Source of the DNA: Octopus sinensis
Lineage: Eukaryota
Direction: 5' to 3'
Assembly (NCBI RefSeq): GCF_006345805.1
Contig: NC_043004.1
Coordinates: 12,090,001-12,154,000, forward strand
Length of the DNA stretch: 64,000 nucleotides
The notes under the pieces were generated by a model that saw nothing but the letters and a program-made list of their open reading frames with translations, did not search any database and had not been told where the DNA came from. The translations under genes and the position numbers were made by a program. Of this stretch, positions 52,473 to 63,339 are shown in pieces (within the stretch, counting starts at the first letter, position 1; the number at the start of each line of letters is the position of its first letter).

Positions 52473-52620
52473 TGATGATGATGATAGTAATTGTTTGTAA
52501 TTTAGAAACAAAATGAGTCATATTGAAAAGAAAAGATTAATTTACCCCTCAAAAAAAAAATAAAAGGCAAAGTTGACCACAGCAGGACTTGAACTCAGCA
52601 TGTAAAGAGGTAGAAAATAC
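51345..52620 (-). mobile_element. Cluster of about 6 co-oriented SINE B copies, mostly separated by (TAA)n
   Basis: About 51345-51480, 51535-51740, 51755-51950, 51980-52175, 52205-52420, 52560-52620. Confidence 0.9.
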
Positions 52621-52899
52621 AGATATTTTTGTCTAAAGTTCCAATGTTTCTGCCAAGCCTTTGAAGAATTACTTGTATTATAAGCACAAGGTCAGAGCTT
52701 CTACATGGCTTCCAGCACTACCACCTTGCCAATTCTATAATGACAACAACACAGATTAGCTCTCTATTAAATCTACTACCCTCTGCTAACCTCCTAACCA
52801 CTAATACTCTAGCCAATACGATAACAATCACTGTACAAGACACAACTTTAGTTAGTCACATTTTTCTTTTTTTATATCCACCAAATATTCTGCACCCAC

Positions 52900-54020
52900 C
52901 TCTTTCCATCACCACCACCACAACTACTACTACTACCACTACTACAGTTACTACTACTTCTACTACTACTACTACTGCTGCTGCTACTACTTCTACTTCT
53001 ACTTCTACTACATCATTTGCCAGTATCTTTACCACCTGTACTATGGTTGCTGTTACTACTGCTATGACTACTACTACTACGACTTCTACTACTACTATTA
53101 CTACTACTACTGCTGCTGCTGCTGCTACTACATCATTTGCTGGTATCTTTACCATGTCTACTATGGCTGCTGCTGCCCTCCTCTGCTGTGGTTGCTGTTT
53201 TCACTGAAAACATCGTCACCACCACCACCACCACCACCACAAACACCAATTACCCTCACCATCAATACCATTACACTTTCACCACTACCTCCATCACCAC
53301 CACTACCACCACTGCCAATATCTTTACTACTACAACAACAACAACTGCAACAACAACTGCAACAAAGAACATCAAGGCAAAGATCACAGAAATTGGACTT
53401 CAATAATGTTGGATCATTATTTGTTTGAAGATTCTGCTGGTGATGATGATCATAATGGTTGTGGTGGCAGTGGTGGTGGTGGTGTTGGTGGTGATGTTTG
53501 TATGACATGATGTGGTTGTGATGGTGCTGCTGATGGTGGTAGTGACTTGATTGGGTAGTTGTGTGGAGGTATTGCTGATGCTAATCGTTATTATGGTTTG
53601 GTGTGGAAGTGCTGCTGTTGGTGTTTGTGCTGTGGTGGTGGCTATAGTTGTTATAATGGTGTAATGTAGTATAATAGAGGTAGTAGTGGTGATCGTTTTT
53701 CTGGTTTGCTACGGTAGTGCTGTTGGTGGCACTTATAAAATGTACTGTGCTGGTTATGGTTGTAGTAATGGTGTGATGTACTATAATAGAGGTGGTGGTG
53801 GTGGTGGTGGTAGTTGTGTTTATGCTAATGGGGTGGTGGCAGTGATGGTTTTGTTGTTGGTGGTGGTTATCATTATTCTGGTTTGTTATAGTAATGCTGA
53901 TGGTAGTTCTTGTGAGATGTTCTACAATAGTGATGGTGGCAGTTATGATAACGTTGTAATGTGCTGTGGTGGATGTATTGGTGGTAGTGGTTATTCTGGT
54001 TTGTTACTGTAATGGTGTTG
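52900..54020. repeat. Degenerate (ACT/ACC/GGT)n tracts with short internal duplications
   Basis: Seen directly. Confidence 0.88.
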
Positions 54021-54394
54021 GTGTAACTTGTGAGATGTGCCTGGTCTCTTGTAGTCAATTCAGAGTGCCGCTCCTTCCAGTGTTCAATGCTGAAGAGGAG
54101 ATAACTACACCAAAATGCAAGCATCCATCTATCCAGGTAGAGGGCGCTCTGGACTGACTTGGTGTGTTTACATATTTTTGTGCATAGCAAGAATTTTTCT
54201 TCTTGACAAAACACAGTGAAAGACTTTCTAATGAGTTATGAATATGTCTCCAGTAATACTGTTAATAGAGTTTATATTTGCATACATTGCTGGTTAGCAC
54301 TTCTCATCCATATTTTTGTGATTGTTATAAATGAATATCATTCATTTAGCATATTCTGTGAACACATGTCTTGATATGATGGAATAATAATTTG

Positions 54395-54560
54395 CCCGGA
54401 AACAGGTTAAGGACAGGAATAGGAAGGGCATCAGGCCATAAAAAAAACCTGCATCAATGAACTCCATCTGGCCATTGTAAGCATGGACAAGTGAATGTTA
54501 AAGTGACAAGGATGATGTTGAAGATGAAGATGATGACGACAACGATGATGATGATGATGA
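54395..54560 (+). mobile_element. Family C-related tail
   Basis: AGGAAGGGCATCAGGCCATAAAA...AGCATGGACAAGTGAATGTTAAA...GATGATG. Confidence 0.6.
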
Positions 54561-54757
54561 TTATTGAAATGAGACATGTTTGCTATTTGTTTGTAACTGT
54601 CCCCTCTCTTATTCTTCTTCCTCTATTATATTTCACTTTTTCTGATATGTATGTGTGTTTGTGTGTGTATATATATATATTTATATATATGCATACATAT
54701 GTGGGTGTGTATGTATATATATATGTGTGTGTGTGTGCGTGTATGTGTGTGTATATG

Positions 54758-55002
54758 TGAAGGCGCATGGCTCAGTGACTAGACCGTCAAGCTTACGATT
54801 GTGAGGTTGTGTGTGAGTTCGAATCCCGGACCGGGCTGTGTGTTGCGTTCTTGAGCAAGACACTTTATTTCACATTGCTCCATTTAACTCAGCTGTAGAA
54901 GTGAGTTGCAACATCACAGGTGCCAAGCTGTATTGGCCCCTTTGCCTGCGAGGGTAACTTTCTAAGTGCAATCCCATGGTCAGTCATGACTGAAGGGGGT
55001 CT
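54758..55002 (+). mobile_element. tRNA-derived SINE family G with a CORE-like segment
   Basis: GGCGCATGGCTCAGTG...GAGTTCGAATCCCGG...TTCTTGAGCAAGACACTT...ACTCAGCTGTAGAA. Confidence 0.85.
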
Positions 55003-55239
55003 CAGCATGTGTGTATGTATATACACACACACACACATTATATATGTACATACATGTTACTTATACACACTCTCACACATACACACACGTTATGTACCTT
55101 TACACAAATCTCTCTCTCTCTTTCACTCTCTCCCTCTCTCTCAATATTTCTTTCTCTCCATCTCTCTCTTTCTACAGGAACTTGATAACATTTCCATGTA
55201 TTCCCTTCCCTCCCTCCTCCCACTCTCTGTCTCTCTTTG

Positions 55240-55340
55240 TTTACCTATCTATCCATCCATCCATCCAACCATCCATCTACATATCCATTTATCTATCTAT
55301 CTATCCATCCATCCATCCATCTATCTACATATTCATTTAT

Positions 55341-55439
<99 letters not shown>

Positions 55440-55448
55440 CATATCCTT

Positions 55449-55493
<45 letters not shown>

Positions 55494-55510
55494 AATCAAT
55501 TAATCTATCA
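55240..55510. repeat. (ATCT)n/(ATCC)n microsatellite
   Basis: Seen directly. Confidence 0.95.
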
Positions 55511-55937
55511 CTTGTCTATATTTCTCTATTTTTCCTACTTTCAACCTTATCTTCCTCTCAGCTTCTCATTCTCATTTCATCTCCATCCTCTCTCTATTCA
55601 TTCAACCCATGTCTCTGTCCCCATGTTTCTTTCCCTCCATCCCTCTCTCTCCCTTTCATCTCTCACCAAAATAATATTATATTTCTTTGCCATAAATATA
55701 CACCATGTACTACTATAAGATATCCAGCCCATATCATCAATCTGCTCAAAACGATCTTCTGGCAAATACCTTGCGGCTGTCTTCTGTCTGCTAAAACCAC
55801 TAACTTAACCTTCAGGGGAAGACTTCCTTTGCTGTTAACTTAGTAAATTATACTGCAAAACAGCATAACCAATTACATATATACTTTATATGTATGTATG
55901 TATTGATAGATAGATAAATTGATAGATTTATTCAGTG

Positions 55938-55986
<49 letters not shown>

Positions 55987-56102
55987 TTATATATTGTGTA
56001 TATATATATATATACAATGTATAAATCTCTCTATCTATTTATCTATCTCTCTCTCTCTCTATATATATATATACATAGATAGACAGATTTATACATTTTG
56101 TG

Positions 56103-56137
<35 letters not shown>

Positions 56138-56215
56138 TCATGTGCATATAATCATTATATACATGCATACATATATATGTACATAAACATGCACACATAT
56201 ATATGCATATCCACA

Positions 56216-56274
<59 letters not shown>

Positions 56275-56306
56275 GCACATATATGTGTGTTTGTGTATAT
56301 ATGTAT

Positions 56307-56337
<31 letters not shown>

Positions 56338-56379
56338 CACAAACATATATATATATATATATATACATACATACAGACA

Positions 56380-56415
<36 letters not shown>

Positions 56416-56829
56416 TGCACAGACAGGCTCTTACACAGGCACTCACACACGGTGCTGAAGGCCACAATTTCTATAAAGTCTATCAGCTCCAACATTAATC
56501 AAAGACTGATTAGATAAATGCATCCAGTCCGTCCTCGCACACTCCACACCCCCGTCCTCCTCACAGCACACGTTTATATGAACCAACAGAATCCTAACAC
56601 TATACTCCCTCCCTCCCTCCCTCCCTCCCTCCCTCCCTCCCTCCCTACCAACCCGCTCCTCACTCCTGGAGGAATTTCACATGATCGTTTCCTTGAGTGT
56701 TTTTGTAACTTATATTTAAAAATAGATGAAGTAAAAAAAAAATTTTAAAAAAGATAAAGAAAATAACCCAAGACATATGAGTGTTTGTATGTATGTATGT
56801 TTGTTGTCTTGTAATATGTACATGGTTGT

Positions 56830-57276
56830 TAAGGCGGCAAGCTGACAGATATGTTAGCACGCCGGAGGAGATGCTTAGTGGTATTTCGTCTGTTTTTGCG
56901 TTCTGAGTTCAAATTCCGCCAAGGTCGACTTTGCCTTTCTTCCTTTCAGGTTCGATAAATTAAGTACCAGTTGTGTACTGGGGTCGATCTAATCAACTGG
57001 CACACTCCCCACATATTTCAGGCCTTGTGCCTAGAGAAGGAAACAATATGTACACGGTTGTTAAGGTGGCGAGGTGACAGAAACTTCAGCACGCCGGACG
57101 AAATACTTAGTGGTATTTCGTCTGTCTTTACGTTCTGAGTTCAAATTCCGCCAGGGTCGACTCTGCTTTCATACATTCCGGGTTGATAAATTAGATACCA
57201 GTTGCATACTGAGGGCAATCTAATTGACTGGCTGCCTTACCCAAAAATTTCGGGCCTTGTGCCTAGAGTAGAAAAG
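56830..57276 (+). mobile_element. Two tandem SINE B copies bracketed by three copies of a 17-bp direct repeat
   Basis: AATATGTACAYGGTTGT at 56813, 57045 and 57277. Confidence 0.9.
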
Positions 57277-57389
57277 AATATGTACATGGTTGTGTGTTTG
57301 TCTGTTTGTATGCACTTGCATAAGTGGGTGTGTGTATGCGTGTGTGTGTGTGTGTGCATATGTATTTATGTATACATATCTGTTTATAT

Positions 57390-57600
57390 GTCATCATCAT
57401 CATCATTTAACATCCATTGCCCATGCTGGCATGGGTTGGATGATTTGATCAAGGCTAGTAAACTGAGACTCCAACACTGTAATAGACTCGGGTCTGATTT
57501 GTCATGGTTTCTACGGCTAGATATCCTTCCAAATGCCAACCACTCCTAGAATGTGATGGATGCTGTTACATGCCACCAGTTGCATAACACCAGCATCTGT
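57390..57600 (-). mobile_element. Family C tail
   Basis: CATCATCATTTAACATCC...CCATGCTGGCATGGGTTGG...CCAAATGCCAACCACTCC. Confidence 0.8.
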
Positions 57601-57619
57601 CATGACTATGATTTCACTT

Positions 57620-57770
57620 ACATTATTTACATTTGATGGATATTTGTCCTCATCTTGTTTGTTATTAACACAATGATTTGGCTTATATACCCTCCAGCCT
57701 TCATCAGGTGTCTTGGAGAAATTTTGAACCTGGGTTCTCATTCCTAAGGTATTTTTCAATGTTATTATTA
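57620..57770 (-). mobile_element. Penelope-like terminal repeat with a decayed hammerhead motif
   Basis: Minus strand GACAC-CTGATGA-A-GGCT...AGCC-AAATC-ATT-GTGTT; GAAAC mutated. Confidence 0.6.
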
Positions 57771-57775
57771 TTATT

Positions 57776-58262
57776 GAGTGAGAGAGCAGTTCATGCCATC
57801 AAAGTGACAGTGGGGTAAAATATACGAAGCCCAATATACCCATCATGACTACCCGTCTGATAAAGGTACACCAGGCACATGCATCACAACCATATGTGCG
57901 CGACATGGTGATCTCATATCAAGATAAACAGCAACATGACCTTGCAGGTGGGGCCCAGTTAGAATTTTCTTCAGGTTGAGTAGCCCATCCCGCTCAAACG
58001 GTCCCTGAATAAGGGTTGTTTAAGGATGTTGAAAGAACCACCCATGTTTCCAGAGGTGAACTATTCAAACCCAAAGAATCCCTCTCAACACATGGCTATG
58101 ATGCTCCCCCACTACTTCTGCTCGTGATCAGAGATGCACATATCTTCAGCCACTAAGGGACATGCTCAACTGGTTAAGGTCAAACAACTGACAAGCAAAT
58201 CTGTGGTATTGAGCAGAATATTTGCTGTAGCCCATCTTTTATACCAAGACAAAACAATGTAC
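57776..58262 (-). mobile_element. Family H element, truncated at one end
   Basis: About 98% identical by eye to 15917-16400; (ATT)n on both sides. Confidence 0.88.
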
Positions 58263-58284
58263 TATTATTATATTATTATTATTA

Positions 58285-58317
<33 letters not shown>

Positions 58318-58326
58318 CATTATTAT

Positions 58327-58402
58327 TCAGGTCACAGCCTGGAATCGAATTTGGAATCTTGGGATTAGTAGCCCGTGCTCTTAACCACTATACCATATGC
58401 CC
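58327..58402 (-). mobile_element. Short tRNA-like SINE with an (AAT)n tail
   Basis: GGGCATATGGTATAGTGGTTAAGAGCACGGGCTACTAATCCCAAGATTCC...TTCGATTCCAGG; stems imperfect, so not a functional tRNA. Confidence 0.7.
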
Positions 58403-58559
58403 ATTGGCAATTATGGAGTGAATTTTTAGGGCTTATAAATCTAATATTTTCCTACCCTTCCTTCATGCCGGTTCCCATATGCTATTCATATCTGCACTCA
58501 GTTTCACTTGGTTTGATGGGTCTTCTTCTCAAGCAAAGCGCATTGCCAAAGGTCTTGGT

Positions 58560-58780
58560 CATTTGTCATTGCCTCTGTGAGGCCCAATGCTTGAAAGGTT
58601 CTTTTTACATGCCACCAGCAATGGGTCCTAGTTACATGACACTAGTGTCAGTCACATTGCCTTCGTGAGGCCCAACACTCCAAATGTGCTTTTTACATGC
58701 CACCAGCATACATACTACTCATGCAACACCAGCAATGACCACATTGCCTCTATGAGGCCCAATGTTCAAAAGGTACTTTG
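58560..58780. repeat. ~85-90-bp tandem repeat (about 2.5 units) carrying TTTTTACATGCCACCAGC
   Basis: CATTGCCT..GTGAGGCCCAA recurs three times. Confidence 0.75.
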
Positions 58781-58941
58781 TATATGTATGTGTGTGTGTG
58801 TACACATGTATATATGCTTGTGCGGTCTGTGTTGTGTGTGCACACATATATATATGCATATATGTGTATCTGTGCATGTGTGTACATATGTGTGTGTATG
58901 TGTTTCTATATAATATTCATAGGAATGTGTGTGTGCCATGA

Positions 58942-59110
58942 TAGATCGCTAGCCACTACACATTCTTTATTTTCTCTCCCTGTTTCTTTCTGTGTTCCTT
59001 TCTGTGGAAGAGCATAGGCTCGAAATATTAAAGACGTTTTCACTTCCTGAGCGTTAAACTAATACATCTGTTTGTTGTCTACTCCACCTGTCTTTGTCTT
59101 TCACTTTTTT
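58942..59110 (+). mobile_element. Third copy of the 18385 hammerhead-like repeat
   Basis: CTTT-CTGTGGAA-GAGC atag GCTC-GAAAT-ATT-AAAG. Confidence 0.5.
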
Positions 59111-59204
59111 GTGCCAAGTTATGGGAATGTAAAGACACCAACATTGGTTGTCAAGTGATGGTGGGGGTGCAAACACAGACACACAGACATACACACACAC
59201 TCAT

Positions 59205-59236
<32 letters not shown>

Positions 59237-59649
59237 ACATATATATATGAGCAAAACGTCCCCCGTCCAATGGATGGTGCTGAGATGTCAAACATTTAAA
59301 CCAAATTTTCTCAAAACAACTTGTCTGACTGTCCCATAGGCTTCCCCTTTGAGAAAGAAACACTGATTTAACCTAAATTTGAGACACCAGCAAAAGAAGA
59401 AATAAAGATAGACTTTTTTCCTATTCCAAAGAAAAAACGCTTTTATTCCCACAAATATGCGACCGAAGAGTTTAAACTACCAGTAATGATAAGGCTGTTG
59501 ACTGGGAGAACACAAACATGGTTTAAACAGTAAGCTTGGCAGGAAAGAAACGTGCCTTTAGGCAGTACAAAAACGACAAAAAATAGAAGGTGAAGTTATG
59601 TACAGGTTGACGGAAGAAAAGCAGGCTTTATCGATTGCATTCTCACCTA

Positions 59650-59787
59650 GAATCGATTTTTGTAATTTTTTTCAAGACTTATGCACGTCCTGATACCGTC
59701 GGTATCTACATATCAAATTTGAGCGCAATCGGATGGAGGATGCCTGAGATCCTAGAAGACACACACACAGACAGATAGAACGGATTT

Positions 59788-59800
<13 letters not shown>
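59650..59800 (+). mobile_element. Possible non-autonomous Helitron/Helentron-like 3' end
   Basis: ATCAAATTTGAGCGCAATCGGATG...ACACACAGACAGATAG...TTTTATATAATA resembles the layout of such elements as I recall it. Confidence 0.3.
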
Positions 59801-59814
<14 letters not shown>

Positions 59815-59818
<4 letters not shown>

Positions 59819-59980
59819 CAGCAGGCTTCTTTCAAATTCCATCTACCAAATCTACTCACAAGGCTTTGGTCGGCCTGAGGCTACAGAAGAAGACACTTGC
59901 CCAAGGTGCTATGCTATGGGACTGAACCTGGAACCATGTGGTTGGTAAGCAAGCTACTTACCCCACAGCCACTCCTGCAC
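59815..59980 (-). mobile_element. SINE family A 5' module
   Basis: GGCTTCTTTC...GGGACTGAACCTGGAACCATGTGG...CAGCCACTCCTGCACC. Confidence 0.88.
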
Positions 59981-60089
59981 CTATATTATTATATTTTTTT
60001 TCAACCAGACTTTGCTATTCAGGACATATTCCAGCAGAGTAAAGTAACAGAGCAAACTCAAAAATGGCGGCGGTAGAGAAAGTAACGAA

Positions 60090-61860
60090 CAATGTTGCCA
60101 TGGTGATGGTGGTGATGGTGGTGATGATGATGATGATCATGGTCATTATCATGATGGTGGGGATGATGACAACTGATGAGGACAATGGTGATGATGGTGA
60201 TGACGACGACGACGATGATGATGATGATAATGGTGATGATAACAATGGTGATAATGATGATGACAATGGTGATGATGATGATGTTGGGGATGACGATGAT
60301 GATGACGATGATGTGGATGATGATGATGGTGGTGGTGGTGGTGGTGGTGTTGGTGATGATATTCTAAAATAAACTATAAAACCATATCAAATTTTTTTTC
60401 CAATTGATTTCTCTCTCTCTCTTTCTCTCTCAATTAGCAATCCTTTTCCCACTCGTTAGATAAGTTTGTTGGAGTCTATTTTTTTCTTTTTTTTTTGTCA
60501 TTTTTCTTTTTTTCTTCAAAATGAAAAAAAAAAATTAAACATTGATCAAATGAATGCATGTCTTCTTACATTAAAGTTACATCACCCGGCATTAATTAAC
60601 AATTCAACACCACCACCACAATCATCAGCATCGTCGTCATCATCATTACCACTGCTGTTGTCATCACCACCATCATCACTGTCATCATCATCATCATAAT
60701 CTCTGTCACCATCACCACCATCATCATTAACATCATCATCATCATTATTACCGCCACAGCTACCATCACTACAATCGTGACCACCACCACTACAACAATC
60801 ACTATCACAATCATCATCATTATCATCATCATTTACTGCCACCGCCACTACCACCCTTGTCATCGTCATCATCCACCCTTAATAAACATTTTGATTATCT
60901 ATTTACTTGATTTGACTGCAAAAAGGGGTTGCTGGGTGTGGAAGTGCAGTGTCCATAGAAACTATCAACCTCACCCCGCCCCCTCCTTTTTTCCAATCTC
61001 AGAGTTGGGTGGGTGCAATTTGCATAAAATGTACCTGAAAGGTTACAGTGCTCAGTCTGCACTGCGGTATGTTTGTTGTTGTTGTGGTTGGAGGAGGAGG
61101 AGGAGGAACTACGGGCAACACTGACATCCCTGCCATGACCATCACCACATCTACCGTTAATGTCCACCAGCACCTCTACCAACATCACCATTGGCACCAT
61201 CATCATCATCATCATCATCGCCATCTCTGATGCCACTACCACCACCACCACCACCACTTTTGCCACCACTACCATCACCACCATCACCACTACCACCCCT
61301 GCAATCACCACTATCACCATCACCACCACTACCAATACTACTACTACTACTACAGCTGCTGTGGCTACTACTACTACTACTACTTCTACTAGTGTTCTTC
61401 AATAACCTAATTATCTTTCACTATTGATATTTTTACTACAAACAGTTATTTAATTTTGCTTTTAAATGTTTTTTTTTAATTCATTTTAGTTATTTATTTA
61501 GTTTTGTTTTTTTTGTTATTAAATATAATTATTATTTCTTTTCTTCAATAAATCTATCAATTAAATCATTTTGATTAGCAAAATAATTCAATGATTGACT
61601 TTCAAAAAAATTACTTCATTGATTTTTTTTTGATTTTGTTGTTTTTTATATAATTTCAAACTATTATTATTATTATCATTTAAAAGAAAATTTTACAAAA
61701 AAACACTGTATCACCATCGTCATCACCATCATCACCTTCATCATCATCATCATCATCATCACGTTCATCATCATCATCATCATCATCATCACCTTCTTCA
61801 TCATCATCATCGTCATCATCATTATTATCCGTTTCATTATTATCATTATTCATTTTTATT
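60090..61860. repeat. Several degenerate (GAT/CAT/CAC)n tracts
   Basis: Seen directly at about 60090-60360, 60600-60870, 61130-61390 and 61700-61850. Confidence 0.88.
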
Positions 61861-62024
61861 TCGTATTTGTTTTTGTAATTTTCTCTCACTTTATCTTCAA
61901 ACTTCAAAGTGAAGTAGATAGCATAGCCAGGATTGAGTGCATCGGTTTGGCTCTCAAAACAAGCAAGAGAGGCTATTTTTGTTGTTTTATATCATTTTTT
62001 TTCTTTCTGCTTTTTCTTCTTTCA

Positions 62025-62150
62025 AAGAAATTGCTGTCTCTCTACAAAGTTCTTGTCAGACCCTCAATGGGAATAAATACTGCTTTCATATCTGAGTTAG
62101 TGCTAATCATCCAAGACCACATCCAAAGGAAGGCCATGTACGCTAACATG
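62025..62150 (+). pseudogene. Degenerate LINE ORF2 remnant (CR1/L2/Jockey group)
   Basis: LLSLYKVLVRPSM...DHIQRKA resembles the post-RT motif LYKSLVRPHLEY...L.RIQRRA. Confidence 0.45.
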
Positions 62151-62404
62151 CACAAAGACTTATTCATCTTGTATAACTTTTCCTGCATGCTAGAGGGCAC
62201 AGTTCTGGGTCCTCAGCCTAGAAGAGGAAACAGTACAAGCTGGAAAATATATCCTGTATTTGATGACATAAACAATGTACTTTTCCACCCCCAAGACAAA
62301 TATCTCCAAAAATGTCACCTCAAATCTTATACAGGGTGGCCCAAAAGTAGGTTTACAGTTATCACATAAGCACTTGGAATTCCTTTTAAAACATTTTATT
62401 ACAT

Positions 62405-62838
62405 TTAAGTTAAGTTAGTTAAGTTAATTTTTTGGCTCAAAAAGCAAAAGCAAGGCCATGTAGGGGAACATGGAGTTATGTACAGGGAGGGTGTTCATGC
62501 AAAGAGTTCAGAGAGAGACTTTGAACTGAGCGGTTGTCAGCATCTTCACTATCTTGTCCAGCAGTTTATTCCACAGATCCGCAACCCAGACGGAGAAAGC
62601 CCCTCTACTTCAATTGAGATGAAATCGTTGCAGATAGAGCTTTTCAGAGTGACCCCGCAGCCGACACTCTGGAGCAGGAGTGAAAAACAGCTCTTTCGAG
62701 AGGTTACACTTTCCGCTTATGATGTTGTGAGTGAGAATGAGATCACCACAGCAGTGTTGTTTTTCTAGAGAATAAAGGTCGAGCATCTTCAGCCTTTCTT
62801 CATAAGACAAATGCCTTTCTTCATAAGACAAATGCATT
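62405..62838 (-). pseudogene. 5'-truncated CR1 LINE ORF2 C-terminus with a (TAACT)n-like tail
   Basis: LSYEERLKMLDLYSLEK...GDLILTHNII...FF...RLRGHSEKL, then RGAFSVWVADLWNKL. Confidence 0.9.
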
Positions 62839-62932
62839 TAAATTTCTATCTTACAACCTGAAAAGGGAGCTTGACAAAATTAACTAAATTAGCATAGAAT
62901 AATGGTTTCATATTTTTTCATAATTAACATCT

Positions 62933-63228
62933 TCTTAATTCTTTTTGCCCCTTGTGGAGCATAGGGCCTCAACAGTTGTTTTCCACTTTTTGCAGTCATT
63001 GATGTGTTTCGTAGCTGCTTCCCATGTCAGGCCGGTGGTCCCAAGCTCATCCAAAATGCTCCGTTTCCATGTCCGCTTTGGGCGTCCTCGCTTCCTTTTC
63101 CCCTGCGGGTTCCAGTTAAGTTCTTGTTGTGTCATATTTGAGGGTTCTTTCTGCAGTGTGTGTCCAATCTATCTTCATTTCCTTAATCTAATCTGAACAT
63201 GTATGGGCTCCTTGTTGGCCATTTCTCA
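62933..63228 (-). pseudogene. 5'-truncated RTE-clade LINE ORF C-terminus
   Basis: IRLRK*R*IGHTL...LNWNPQGKRKRGRPKRTW...W...VEALCST; 14-bp TSD CATAATTAACATCT at 62919-62932 and 63229-63242. Confidence 0.92.
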
Positions 63229-63339
63229 CATAATTAACATCTAGACGTTAATATATGAATGCAAAAGAGATAGTTGAATAACTGTAAATCTAATTTTGGG
63301 CCACCCTGTATAAGATATTACTTCAAATATTGGTTTCAA

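Larger units (their letters stand above)
62332..63308. mobile_element. Tc1/mariner-type MITE hosting two LINE insertions
   Basis: 29-bp TIRs CAGGGTGGCCCAAAA(G/T)TAG(G/A)TTTACAGTT with 2 mismatches, TA on both sides. Confidence 0.85.

Noticed and set aside
54055-54136. Plus-strand AG-GT segment encoding QFRVPLLPVFNAEEEITTPKCKHPSIQ
   Set aside because: Moderate donor, peptide not recognised, and phase does not join the candidate chain without an extra exon.
54920-55843. 307-aa ORF, the longest in the track
   Set aside because: Held open by stop-free CT and (ATCT)n repeats; no domain.
58327-58402. Possible tRNA gene
   Set aside because: Acceptor, anticodon and T stems do not pair properly, and it ends in an (AAT)n tail rather than a T-run terminator; treated as a SINE.
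61947-62369. 140-aa ORF as a host gene
   Set aside because: Its only recognisable part resembles a LINE ORF2 remnant, and its end runs into a transposon TIR.
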